A stretch of DNA of 64,000 nt from the NCBI GenBank assembly GCA_937903325.1, contig CALCZR010000060.1, forward strand, positions 18,404 to 82,403, read 5' to 3'. Position numbers and translations under genes: made by a program. Of the stretch, positions 19,729 to 29,009 are shown one piece after another; the stretch's first letter is position 1, and every line of letters begins with the position of its first letter. This stretch comes from an uncultured Candidatus Saccharibacteria bacterium. GTDB lineage: Bacteria > Patescibacteriota > Saccharimonadia > Saccharimonadales > AWTP1-31. The notes under the pieces are model-generated. The model did no database searches. It saw nothing but the letters and a program-made list of their open reading frames with translations, and had not been told where the DNA came from.

Positions 19729-20775
19729 CTACTGACAAAGCTTTTTACAGTGTTGAGCTGTTAACGCTTCATGTTCCTGCAAAGTGCTACTGAAGTACGT
19801 CTTCCCATCATCGCCCGATACAAAATACAGCCAATTTGTGGTCGCTGGATAAGCCACCGCTTCAAGCGACTTATCTGTCACGTTACTAATGGGGCCTGGC
19901 GGCAGGCCATCATGGTAGTAGGTATTGTACGGAGAGTCATAGGTAAGAGACGGCTCTTGGTTAGCAAGTATGGCACCATAGCTTGCCGTAGCATCTGACT
20001 CAAGTCGTTTGCCGCTTGAAAGACGCTTTAGAAATACCTGGGCTACCTGTGTCCGATCGTCTTCAGAAGCCACTTCACGTTCCACAATTGAGGCCATAAT
20101 AACCGCCTGGTGTACGCTGAGCCCTTGTCCAACAAATGCAGCTCGTAGTTCTGGCGTTAAACGCTTAGCCATCTCATCGAGTGAACTGGTAATTATCTGC
20201 TCTGGTGTCGTCTCGGCAGTTTTCTGGAATGACTCTGGATACAGATATCCTTCTAGGCTGGCATTAGCAGGCTTGTCTACCAGTGCCGGATGACCAGCAT
20301 ACTGCGCAGGGTCAAACGCCTTCTCTACGGCCTCGGGTGCGAAACCGGCATTTACAAACGTCTGCTCTACTTGGTCTAAGCGTTGCCCTGGTTTAATAGT
20401 GAGGAGATTGCTTTCCACTTTGCCCTCCGTAATAATGGCCACAATTGCCTCAACATTCTGGCTCGGTTTTACCGCATACGTTCCTGCCTGAATACTATCC
20501 TGTAATCCGTGATTGCGGACGTATTGCTTAAAGGCCCAGGTACTCCGAATCACTCCCTTGGTATGAAGGATATCCGCAATCTCTCCCAGTGCAGAACCTT
20601 TAGGAATAGTAATGGTAACCGTCTTTTGGCTACTACTGACGGCCTTAAGGTTATTAAAGTAATACTTCCGGGCACCGTACACTCCAACACCAATAGCCAG
20701 TACAGATAGCACTACAAGCCCGAGAAGAGTACGCTTCATGAGCCTGGAAAGTGGTTCGCTTCGACGATATTTCAT
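19729..20775 (-). CDS. mltG: Endolytic murein transglycosylase MltG (YceG family)
   Basis: 348 aa with an N-terminal TM helix. The YceG pattern includes MASIVEREV, YNTYYHDGLPPGPISN and YFVSGDDGKTYFS. It overlaps ruvX by 4 nt. Confidence 0.9.
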   Translation of the reverse strand: MKYRRSEPLSRLMKRTLLGLVVLSVLAIGVGVYGARKYYFNNLKAVSSSQKTVTITIPKGSALGEIADILHTKGVIRSTWAFKQYVRNHGLQDSIQAGTYAVKPSQNVEAIVAIITEGKVESNLLTIKPGQRLDQVEQTFVNAGFAPEAVEKAFDPAQYAGHPALVDKPANASLEGYLYPESFQKTAETTPEQIITSSLDEMAKRLTPELRAAFVGQGLSVHQAVIMASIVEREVASEDDRTQVAQVFLKRLSSGKRLESDATASYGAILANQEPSLTYDSPYNTYYHDGLPPGPISNVTDKSLEAVAYPATTNWLYFVSGDDGKTYFSSTLQEHEALTAQHCKKLCQ

Positions 20776-21194
20776 CGTAACTCCGGATGACTATCAATGA
20801 AGTCTTGTAGTATATAGGTTGCGGCCAAAGCGTCAATATCACCTCGAGAATACGGCTTCTTGCGAGCTTGCAACTCTTCTTCGGCCTTTCGTGACGTCAG
20901 CACTTCGTCCTGTTCAAAAATCTGAATGTCCACCTGTTGCTTTAGTTGCTCAATGAATTCCTTAACCAGCGTGGTCTGTTCGGTATCCTGCCCGCTGAGG
21001 TTCCGAGGCACCCCAACAACTAGTGCATCTGCCGACTCGCTGGCTACAAGCTCTCTTATAAATGCTGGTAACTCCGTCATGGTCTGCTCAATGGTTGTGA
21101 GCGGAGATGCTAGCCCAGCTTCCATACGAGCCCTGGCTACACCGGTACGTGCATTGCCAACATCGAGCGCCAGAACTACGTTAATTGCTTGCAT
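20772..21194 (-). CDS. ruvX: Putative pre-16S rRNA nuclease / Holliday-junction resolvase-like RuvX (YqgF)
   Basis: 140 aa. The YqgF pattern is VLALDVGNARTGVA...LVVGVPRNLSG...SRKAEE. Confidence 0.9.
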   Translation of the reverse strand: MQAINVVLALDVGNARTGVARARMEAGLASPLTTIEQTMTELPAFIRELVASESADALVVGVPRNLSGQDTEQTTLVKEFIEQLKQQVDIQIFEQDEVLTSRKAEEELQARKKPYSRGDIDALAATYILQDFIDSHPELR

Positions 21195-22974
21195 TGCCAG
21201 TTTGTTCGAATACGAAGGTAATCTTCTTAGGGTTCTTTGGTGTCTTGTAGACCCAGAAAGGACTGTAATCTACATCTACTTCCTTAACCCCTGGACGATT
21301 GCCAATTATCTGCTGTACTTCGCCCTTCTTCTTACCAGCCAATTCTTTCTTGAGAGCATCCTGATCTACCTCAGTACCAGTACTAACTGTCGACTGCACC
21401 GACATGCTCTGTTCTGTTGGAGATTTCTTGTCGGTCACTCGGAAGATAGCCTTAGCAAGTCCGTCGTTCTCAATAGACTGTTTTTTGGTATCTATCTGGG
21501 ACTTGGCGCTGTTCACAACTAGTGTCTTTAGGTCGTCTCGCTTTACGCCGAGCATACGGTAGGTGGTAATGCTGGTAACAGTGACTTCAGCTGCTTCATT
21601 ACCTACTGCTGGAGCTGGCGTAATACTTGGTGCATCCCCGGCAAAAGTCTCACTGAGGCTAAACAAATTAGCACTTTCTAGCTGCTTCTTGAGCTCACTA
21701 AGCGCTGCACTCTTGCTTTTATCGGCTAGTTTCTGCTTGGCGGTTTCAATGTCTTGGTCACTGACTACCGTCACGTCCTTGTTGGTACCACCGCTCATAG
21801 CGCTGCTATCGGTGCCGCTAATGTTACTGTACCCAGACACCGTAAAGGTACGGCCACCACTAATGTTGTACTGGTCCCCGGGATTCTGGGCTACTACCTT
21901 AACGGTGCCCGTCGTAAAGCTCGGGAAATTCGCGTTCTGACACTTGTTACCAATCTTAACTGCGTTAAAGGTAATATCTACCTGTGTAATAAAGGTCTGT
22001 CCACCATTACTGACGCCCGTTCCAGCCTTAACAGTTACTTCGTCTTGGGCACAGTCGTTAAGCTTCAGGCTTACTGTCCCGGTAGCTTTCTCACCAACAT
22101 TCTTCTTGCCGGTTGCTGTTACCTTCTCTGCATCGGTCTTCTGGACAGTTTTCTCGGTAGCAGGCAGTAACCCTTCGTTGGCATCAAACTTCTTAATTGC
22201 AGTATTAACTTTGAAGTTCACGTTCGTATTCACGCTAATATCATCGGTTTTGACGATAACCTTCGCCGTTGGCAATACAAAGTTAGCCAAGTACAGGAAC
22301 ACAATTAGCAGTACTAATGCTCCACCACCAATAATCAGCTTAGTGCGGAACTTTTCAAAGTTAGGGATCTTGAGTTTCTTGTCGCCTGGCTTACTTTTTT
22401 TGTCTGACTTGTTGGCAGTCGCGTCGTCAGAAGCGGCCTCATCTTCCGGTTCGTCATCCAGGTCAATGGTCTCCTCGGCTGCGAGCGCCGGGCCAGCAAC
22501 TCCAGCGCTAACTTTTTTAGCAGTAGCCAGCTCCCCAACAGTCTTTTCCTTGTCTAGTAGCTCATCGCTAACTTCGTCACTCTCGATATCGTCAGGAAGG
22601 TCACCGTCAGCATCATCTGCTGCAGTGTCGCTGGCGCTGGCTGCAAGATCGTCGCCTAGAGCAAGCTCGTCAGAAGGCACGTCGGGAGCCGCAGGAATTG
22701 CTGGCTTAGATTGCAATGTCTTAGCTACGTGGAGCTTTACGGCACCCGCAAGTGGCAATAGCCCTGCTTCTGATGTAATCAGAACTAACTTTTTCTTGTG
22801 CGTATCACCGCTACGCTTGAGCAGCTTCATGTTCACAATACTCTGCAGAACTGCAGCACGCTTTGGTAGTACCAGCGCTACGATCTTTTGCTTACTGGAA
22901 CTAACCTTGTCTATGATGCTGGTTATCTCATCATCGACGTCAACATAAATAGTGTCTTTGCTTGCTTCTGCCAT
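21181..22974 (-). CDS. Bitopic membrane protein of unknown function (globular N-domain, acidic disordered linker, TM helix, beta-rich extracytoplasmic region)
   Basis: 597 aa. The N-terminus reads IYVDVDDEITSIIDKV...KIVALVLPKRAAVLQS and a D/E/A-rich linker follows. The TM helix is LIIGGGALVLLIVFLYLANFVL. The gene starts 3 nt after the ftsA stop and overlaps ruvX by 14 nt. Confidence 0.75.
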   Translation of the reverse strand: MAEASKDTIYVDVDDEITSIIDKVSSSKQKIVALVLPKRAAVLQSIVNMKLLKRSGDTHKKKLVLITSEAGLLPLAGAVKLHVAKTLQSKPAIPAAPDVPSDELALGDDLAASASDTAADDADGDLPDDIESDEVSDELLDKEKTVGELATAKKVSAGVAGPALAAEETIDLDDEPEDEAASDDATANKSDKKSKPGDKKLKIPNFEKFRTKLIIGGGALVLLIVFLYLANFVLPTAKVIVKTDDISVNTNVNFKVNTAIKKFDANEGLLPATEKTVQKTDAEKVTATGKKNVGEKATGTVSLKLNDCAQDEVTVKAGTGVSNGGQTFITQVDITFNAVKIGNKCQNANFPSFTTGTVKVVAQNPGDQYNISGGRTFTVSGYSNISGTDSSAMSGGTNKDVTVVSDQDIETAKQKLADKSKSAALSELKKQLESANLFSLSETFAGDAPSITPAPAVGNEAAEVTVTSITTYRMLGVKRDDLKTLVVNSAKSQIDTKKQSIENDGLAKAIFRVTDKKSPTEQSMSVQSTVSTGTEVDQDALKKELAGKKKGEVQQIIGNRPGVKEVDVDYSPFWVYKTPKNPKKITFVFEQTGNASN

Positions 22975-22976
22975 AG

Positions 22977-24320
22977 TTATACTCTTAAGATTTTATCAAT
23001 TTTTTGCCTAAATGACCCGTTCGTATCTGGCCCGTCTTGCTGTAAGGTGTCTAGCCCAACCCTAAGCAGCCCCATGGCTGTAATAAAGGTATGGTCAGTA
23101 ACCGTACCTGTCTCGTCTACAATACCAACCACATGACTCGGTTTAATGTGTTGTACAACCGGTTTACGGGTAAACGGTAGATCGGCATACCAATTAGAAG
23201 ACTCAAGTCGCTCCATGAGCATGTCGAGGCTTGAACCACCACCGCAGAGTAGAATCCTGCGTGGCAAGTGATCTAACTGTGTAAACTCACCAAGCGCTAG
23301 TTCAACCCCGGCAGTCCAAACATCTAGTGTCTTTTGTAAGCTTTTCTCAAGCGTTGCAACTTTAGATTCAGCTACTTTGTGCGAAGAGATTCCTAATTTC
23401 AGTTCTTCGGCCTGCACAAAACTGACACCCAGATCACGTTCAATACTGCGGGTATAGGCCCGTCCACCGATACCAAACATCTTAGTGCCTTGTACGCCAC
23501 CATCGTTAATAACCGCAATATCGGTCGTACCACCACCAACGTCCATAAGGATGGCACTCATACTCGCGTTAGCGTCGTCCCCAATAACAGATCGAGCTAC
23601 GGCAAACGGTTCAGCTGCTACCGCCACTAGATCAAGATCTAATTCTTTGGCGGTTCGCTCCAGGGCACCAATGTGGATCATCGGGGCAAAGGCGGTGTAG
23701 AGTTGCACAACTACTTCCTTACCCTTAAAGCCCACCGGGCTGGTTACTGGATAGCCGTCTATCTCAATGTTCACTAAAGCACTATTAACCAGACGAATCT
23801 CGACGTCTTTACCGCCAAGCTCCCAAGCCAACTGCTGCTTAGCTCGTTCTCGGGCTCGTTGTTGCACCAGGCCAATAATGCGTTCTACTTCAGCAATATC
23901 TAGTTCTTTCTCGGGGTTCTTGCGGTTACAGCGAACGGTTGTTGTCGTACCTTTAACCAACTCACCAGCAATGCCGATAACAGCGGATTTAGTGCTAACA
24001 CCGGCTTGTTCTTCGGCTTGCGTTAGGGCTTCATCGCAGTTATTAACCACTGAAGCAATGTCGGCAATAGCTCCGGCTTGCATATCGCTTAGTTCTTGGT
24101 GGGAGCGGCCTACACCAACAATCTCAATACCGTTGTCGGTAATCTTACCAACCAAGGCTTTAACGAATTCGGTACCAATATCCAGCGCTACCAGATAGCG
24201 GTCGTCGACATTTCTATTTTTTCCAGTTTTAGCCAATGCAGTGGCTTTGAGTTTGTTTATTTTATCTAGCATAAGCTGTTTCATTATAGCATCTCTGTTC
24301 GAGAGGTAAACCGCAAACAA
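22977..24320 (-). CDS. ftsA: Cell-division actin-like ATPase FtsA
   Basis: The actin-fold phosphate motifs are VALDIGTEFVKA and DVGGGTTDIAV. The protein has an FtsA-like middle region and a C-terminal amphipathic tail (GSFRQKIDKILRV). The true start may be an internal Met (MKQLMLDK, 24284). Confidence 0.8.
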   Translation of the reverse strand: MFAVYLSNRDAIMKQLMLDKINKLKATALAKTGKNRNVDDRYLVALDIGTEFVKALVGKITDNGIEIVGVGRSHQELSDMQAGAIADIASVVNNCDEALTQAEEQAGVSTKSAVIGIAGELVKGTTTTVRCNRKNPEKELDIAEVERIIGLVQQRARERAKQQLAWELGGKDVEIRLVNSALVNIEIDGYPVTSPVGFKGKEVVVQLYTAFAPMIHIGALERTAKELDLDLVAVAAEPFAVARSVIGDDANASMSAILMDVGGGTTDIAVINDGGVQGTKMFGIGGRAYTRSIERDLGVSFVQAEELKLGISSHKVAESKVATLEKSLQKTLDVWTAGVELALGEFTQLDHLPRRILLCGGGSSLDMLMERLESSNWYADLPFTRKPVVQHIKPSHVVGIVDETGTVTDHTFITAMGLLRVGLDTLQQDGPDTNGSFRQKIDKILRV

Positions 24321-24322
24321 TA

Positions 24323-24583
24323 CTAAGAAGGATCGGGAGCACGGAGACTTAAGCCGGGCACGCCGCCTAGTAGAATAAAGTCCTCAGCTGAAGCCAAATA
24401 AATAGTAAAGTGACCAATTAAGGCATCTGGCCTAACCTTGATACCGGCTTCAGCTACTCTGTCGCGAGCGATAGTCCCATGTGCGTCTCTGTCCATAACC
24501 ACGTCAAATTCGTCGCCTATAACCCCACCACGAGGGTACATAACCCCAAATAGAGTTGGTTCTACTTCAACATGATCTGACAT
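24323..24583 (-). CDS. Small hypothetical protein
   Basis: 86-aa ORF that ends 3 nt before the ftsA ORF. No motif recognised. Confidence 0.45.
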   Translation of the reverse strand: MSDHVEVEPTLFGVMYPRGGVIGDEFDVVMDRDAHGTIARDRVAEAGIKVRPDALIGHFTIYLASAEDFILLGGVPGLSLRAPDPS

Positions 24584-24662
24584 TTTTGCACCTATCCAAT
24601 TTTATTTGTTCTAAGCACCTTAATTATAAACCTTAAGTGCAAGGTTCTTAGTGTTTTCTTAA

Positions 24663-26561
24663 CTACACCAGTGCAGCTTTTATGCGTCGCACACCAGCAG
24701 AGCTGGCTTCTTCTTTGAGAATTTTAAACTTCTTACCATCTTCAAAGAGTTGCAGACTGTGCTCTACATGTGGACCACCACAAATCTCAAAACTAAACGG
24801 CTTATCTGCACCGTCTGCGATCATCTTGTATACCTTTACGGTGTCACCGTAGCGATCACCAAATTGACCCAATGCACCAAGTGGGCCGGTAGCTTCTGCG
24901 GTTGGATACTCAGCGAAGCTGACTTTGAGGTCTTTGCCGATCTGTTCATTCACAATCTTCTCAACTTCGTCGAGTTGCTCACGAGTCACTTTCTCGCCGT
25001 GGCTAAAGTCAAAGCGAAGTCGTTCTTCAGTAATATTGCTGCCACGCTGGATAACATGGTCGCCCAGAACATCTCGCAGCGCTTGGTACATGAGGTGTGT
25101 CGCCGTATGGTACTTCTTGTGCTGCTCCGTGTGGCCACCGAGACCACCCTTGAATTGACCTTTAGTAGCCGTACGAGACATCTCGCGCTGCTTCTGCATA
25201 TGTGTATCAAATTGCTCTCGCCAGTCAGCAGCCAGTGCAATACCTTGCTGCTTAGCTTCTTCTTCGCTAAGCTCTACGGGGAAGCCGTAGGTGTCATATA
25301 GTCGGAAAATAAGCTCACCGTGCTGCGCTTCGTCGGAACCCTGGAACAGCTTCTGGAATTCACGGATCCCCTTGGTAAGGGTCTGTCGGAATGCTTTCTC
25401 TTCCTTGACCATAATCTCGAGGATCTTGTCTTTCTGCTCGGCAACTTCAGGGAAATCTTTCTGGTAGGCATCCAGTACGATCGGCACAGCCAGTTGGCTG
25501 AGATCTTTCTCGATACCAAGGTCAAAGGCAAAGCGCACCGCTCGGCGAATAAGACGCCGCATAACATACCCTTGCTCTTTGTTGCTTGGCACCACGCCGT
25601 CTACCGCAAGGAACACTGCTACCCGCAGGTGATCTGCGATAACTCGCATAGCGGCTGTGTGGTCAGAGTAGTTCTTCTTGGTCTCTTGCTCCAGTCCCTC
25701 AATGATCGGCCAGAGCAAACTAATCTTAAACATATCCGGACTGTTAATAGCAGCCGCAGCAATACGCTCTAGTCCACCACCAAAATCTACGTTCTTGTTT
25801 GGCAGCTCTTCGAAGCCTTTGTCGGAACGCTTGTATGTCATGAAGACGGAGTTACCAATTTCCATAAAGCGACCACAGTCACAGTTTGGATGACAGAACT
25901 CACCAAATTCTGGATTGTGCTCGACTTCGTCAAACATATAAAAGACTTCGCTGTCAGGACCACATGGGTCGCCAACAGGCGTCGTAGCTGGCTTACCACC
26001 CCTACTCCACCAATTCTTGGCGCCGTCGTAGTAGAAGATTCGCTCCCCATCCTTAACACCCTTTTTGTAGCCATCTTCTTCAGACCCAATTACCGCTGCC
26101 TTAGCATCAATACCCTTGTCCTTAAACAGTTTCTGCCAGATTTCTACGGATTTATCATCTTGTGGTAGGTCAAATTCTTTGTCACCGGCAAATACCGTTA
26201 CGTACAGCTTGCTGGGGTCCAGCCCTACCTGATCGACGAGGAAGGTAAAGAACCACGGTAGCTGTTCAGCCTTGAAGTAATCACCAAAGCTCCAGTTGCC
26301 AAGCATCTCAAAGAAGGTTGTATGTCGGTTGTCCCCTACCTCTTCAATGTCGTCCGCACGAAAACATGTCTGACTATCTGCTACACGAGTGCCTGCTGGG
26401 TGTGGTTCGCCGAGGAGATACGGTAGCAAGGGCTGCATACCAGAACCGGTAAATAGGGTAGTCGGATCGTTATCCGGAATCAATTTCGCCCGTGGAATAA
26501 TCACGTGCTTATTTTGTTTGCAAAACTCTAGATAGGCATTACGAATAGCTTGTGCGTTCAT
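24663..26561 (-). CDS. alaS: Alanine--tRNA ligase, short form (catalytic + tRNA-recognition + editing domains; no C-Ala/DHHA1 domain)
   Basis: 632 aa. The N-terminus reads FTGSGMQPL...FRADDIEEVGDNRHTTFFEMLGNWSFGDYFK. The editing-domain HxxxH/CxxxH motifs (HTATHLMYQALR ... CGGPHV) lie near the C-terminus. A TATACT ends 6 nt upstream of the ATG. Confidence 0.93.
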   Translation of the reverse strand: MNAQAIRNAYLEFCKQNKHVIIPRAKLIPDNDPTTLFTGSGMQPLLPYLLGEPHPAGTRVADSQTCFRADDIEEVGDNRHTTFFEMLGNWSFGDYFKAEQLPWFFTFLVDQVGLDPSKLYVTVFAGDKEFDLPQDDKSVEIWQKLFKDKGIDAKAAVIGSEEDGYKKGVKDGERIFYYDGAKNWWSRGGKPATTPVGDPCGPDSEVFYMFDEVEHNPEFGEFCHPNCDCGRFMEIGNSVFMTYKRSDKGFEELPNKNVDFGGGLERIAAAAINSPDMFKISLLWPIIEGLEQETKKNYSDHTAAMRVIADHLRVAVFLAVDGVVPSNKEQGYVMRRLIRRAVRFAFDLGIEKDLSQLAVPIVLDAYQKDFPEVAEQKDKILEIMVKEEKAFRQTLTKGIREFQKLFQGSDEAQHGELIFRLYDTYGFPVELSEEEAKQQGIALAADWREQFDTHMQKQREMSRTATKGQFKGGLGGHTEQHKKYHTATHLMYQALRDVLGDHVIQRGSNITEERLRFDFSHGEKVTREQLDEVEKIVNEQIGKDLKVSFAEYPTAEATGPLGALGQFGDRYGDTVKVYKMIADGADKPFSFEICGGPHVEHSLQLFEDGKKFKILKEEASSAGVRRIKAALV

Positions 26562-26608
26562 AGGGCCAGTATAACAGAGGTAGTTACCTATGTTAAGCAG
26601 AATCTAGA

Positions 26609-26872
26609 CTAGCAAGTCTGTGGTAATGGTTTAGCGGCAAGCTGAGCCTGCGTTTCAAGCACAGATCCCAGATCGACAGATGGTTGGTGCATTGGTACTT
26701 CTGGTGGCCTACAATCCTCTGGTCCTACAGCGTACAGTACTGTAGCTGTCGTAAGAAGGACGGCACCAACGAGCTTGCCAGCATGTCGTTCTAGGAATGT
26801 TGTCTCGTTGTGAGTACTGGTACTTGGTTCACGAGGTACTTCGTGAGATGTTTGTCGTAAGGGCATATTCAC
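26609..26872 (-). CDS. Small membrane-anchored hypothetical protein
   Basis: 87-aa ORF with one hydrophobic helix (LVGAVLLTTATVLYAV). An SD (GGAG) lies upstream. Confidence 0.4.
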   Translation of the reverse strand: MNMPLRQTSHEVPREPSTSTHNETTFLERHAGKLVGAVLLTTATVLYAVGPEDCRPPEVPMHQPSVDLGSVLETQAQLAAKPLPQTC

Positions 26873-27063
26873 TCCTATTACAGAGCAACGTTAGTTTGCA
26901 ATTCTCGGTTTCGCCATTAGCTCCACGTAGTCCAGGCGACCACATACGGTCTACGTTTCATAGCTGCAATTGCTCTGATGCAGATTATTATATAATTATT
27001 TATATTTAATTACAATAACTACCTCTAGGCAAAATAAGGAAGCCAGGATATAATATACATATT

Positions 27064-27336
27064 ATGTCAACGAACAGTGCACTCACTGCACGCATTACAG
27101 AAATAGAGGCTATACGTCAAAGCTTTCCTGGCGGCTGCGGAACCTGCCCGGCTCTACAAGAATGCCGCGATCAGGTAGACGCCCAACTAGCAGTACCAAC
27201 ACGGTCCAACATGGATCTCGCACAGCGCTTCGTCGACCACGCTGTTGAAATCCGTAGCGCCTGCCCGGCCGATGAGCCAGAAATTGCAAAACGCTTTGGC
27301 AGAACGACTCTAAACTGTGCGAGTCCCCTAGCATAA
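27064..27336 (+). CDS. Small Cys-containing hypothetical protein
   Basis: 90-aa ORF with a GGCGTCPALQEC cluster plus two more Cys. A TATAAT ends 9 nt upstream of the ATG. Confidence 0.45.
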   Translation: MSTNSALTARITEIEAIRQSFPGGCGTCPALQECRDQVDAQLAVPTRSNMDLAQRFVDHAVEIRSACPADEPEIAKRFGRTTLNCASPLA

Positions 27337-27354
27337 GGCAGGATGTAGTAGCCG

Positions 27355-27849
27355 ATGGAAATTGCTAGCATATCTTTAGACCGTTTTGAGAAAGCCGGTA
27401 TCTTAAACAGAGACAGCGACAGAGTTTACCTACCTGAAGACTTTGAAGATGACCCACCACTTTTCCACGTTACCCTAGAAGGCAAGATCGAGCGACACGC
27501 AGGGCTACTTGGCATCCTGGCCTTTGACCAATTACAACCTGGTCTAGACCTCTATCGCAGATTAGGTATTACTTACCTAGAACTTGCTCGAGGAATTGGA
27601 AAAACAAGCCAGGCACGCTTCAGCACCGGCAATCCCTTTGACCAGCAATTAGTCAGCGCCATACACTGGTCTGGCATCAACACTCCGGCAGTTGCAGCTG
27701 AAGTTTTTGCTCAAGAGACGGCAAAGCGAGAAATTATTGATGTCTTTGAAGCCGTGACCAATGGGCAATATAGAGATTTGATACCAACCCTGGAAGAGCT
27801 CGCACAAGAGCTTGAGGCAGGTGGCGTTATACCCCCGCTTAGCGAATAA
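27355..27849 (+). CDS. Hypothetical protein, possible HTH segment
   Basis: 164-aa ORF starting 18 nt after the previous gene. The segment ITYLELARGIGKTSQARFS looks helix-turn-helix-like, but this is weak. The 3' end overlaps the convergent mnmA end by 11 nt. Confidence 0.45.
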   Translation: MEIASISLDRFEKAGILNRDSDRVYLPEDFEDDPPLFHVTLEGKIERHAGLLGILAFDQLQPGLDLYRRLGITYLELARGIGKTSQARFSTGNPFDQQLVSAIHWSGINTPAVAAEVFAQETAKREIIDVFEAVTNGQYRDLIPTLEELAQELEAGGVIPPLSE

Positions 27850-28897
27850 TTCCACCACCTAAAACGTCATCACCAGAATAGACAACCGTAGATTGTCCCG
27901 CAGTAACTGCCCGGATTTCATCTTCCAGCACAATAGAAGTAGATGTACCGTTAGCACGGATAGTTCCTGTAATGAGTGGTGCTCGGTGACGGGTACGCAC
28001 CTGTACTTGCTGGCCGTCTTCGGGTGCTGTATTAATCCAGTGGACGTCGGTCAGATTTAGCTCCATAGACCAGAGCTTTTCGTCGTCGAGCTTCTTAGTC
28101 ACATACACTTCGTTCTTGGTCATGTCTTTGCCGGTTACGTAATACGGCATACCACCACCCACATCCAGGCCATGACGTTGGCCAATAGTATAAAAGATGG
28201 CGCCGTCGTGACGCCCGACAACCATGCCGTTACGGTCGACAATGTCACCAGGTTTTTGTGGCCCTAGCTCATGCAGTAAAAAGTCCTTAATACCAACCTT
28301 GCCCACGAAGCAAATGCCCATACTTTCTTTCTTAGTAGCAGTAACTAGGCCAAACTTTTCAGCTAGCTTACGGACCTCAGGCTTAGTGTAGTCACCAAGC
28401 GGAAACAGGGTGTGCTTGAGTGCATCTCCGGTAACTCGGTACAGAAAATAGGTCTGGTCTTTGTTGTCGTCCTTGGCCCTGAGGAGTTTGCCGTCATGCA
28501 CACGGGCATAGTGGCCAGTAGCGATCATGTCAGCGCCGTCTTCTAGACAGGTTTCTAGGAAGATCTTAAACTTCACCTCTTGGTTACACATAATGTCAGG
28601 GTTCGGGGTTCGCCCAGCCTGGTATTCAGCCAGCATGTAGTCAACGACCTTTTGGCGATACTCTTTCTGGAAATCGTACATCTTAAACGGAATACCCAAC
28701 TGTACCGCTACCCGCTTGGCATCTTGGTAGTCTTCTTTCCACGGACACGGCATACCGGGAAGATCCTGGCTCCAGTTCTTCATGTATACGCCGGTGACGT
28801 CATAGCCTTGTTCTTTCAGCAGCGCCGCAGTCACGGAGCTATCTACTCCGCCGCTCAGACCGACGAATACTTTGACCGATTTGTTGACAATACTCAT
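27839..28897 (-). CDS. mnmA: tRNA-specific 2-thiouridylase MnmA
   Basis: The PP-loop is VFVGLSGGVDSSV, and the MnmA pattern includes YMKNW and ATGHYAR. I use the ATG at 28897 (MSIVNKS...), which has a TATAAT ending 7 nt upstream. The track's longer ORF (to 28939) adds 14 implausible codons. Confidence 0.93.
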   Translation of the reverse strand: MSIVNKSVKVFVGLSGGVDSSVTAALLKEQGYDVTGVYMKNWSQDLPGMPCPWKEDYQDAKRVAVQLGIPFKMYDFQKEYRQKVVDYMLAEYQAGRTPNPDIMCNQEVKFKIFLETCLEDGADMIATGHYARVHDGKLLRAKDDNKDQTYFLYRVTGDALKHTLFPLGDYTKPEVRKLAEKFGLVTATKKESMGICFVGKVGIKDFLLHELGPQKPGDIVDRNGMVVGRHDGAIFYTIGQRHGLDVGGGMPYYVTGKDMTKNEVYVTKKLDDEKLWSMELNLTDVHWINTAPEDGQQVQVRTRHRAPLITGTIRANGTSTSIVLEDEIRAVTAGQSTVVYSGDDVLGGGIIR

Positions 28898-29009
28898 TAA
28901 CAATATTATAACATATTCTCTATAACAAATTTCTGGCATTAAAAAAGAAGGTTCAGAACCTGTGCATTACAGCACTGCCGAGCCTTCAATGTTCGTATTA
29001 TACCATATA

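Noticed and set aside
21944-22948. 334-aa plus-strand ORF (and 21563-22170 ORFs) antisense to the 597-aa membrane-protein gene
   Set aside because: It has the Ser/Ala/Leu/Thr-rich composition typical of the reverse frame of an acidic or Ala-rich gene. It has no promoter, no SD and no motif. The minus-strand gene is tightly coupled to ftsA and ruvX.
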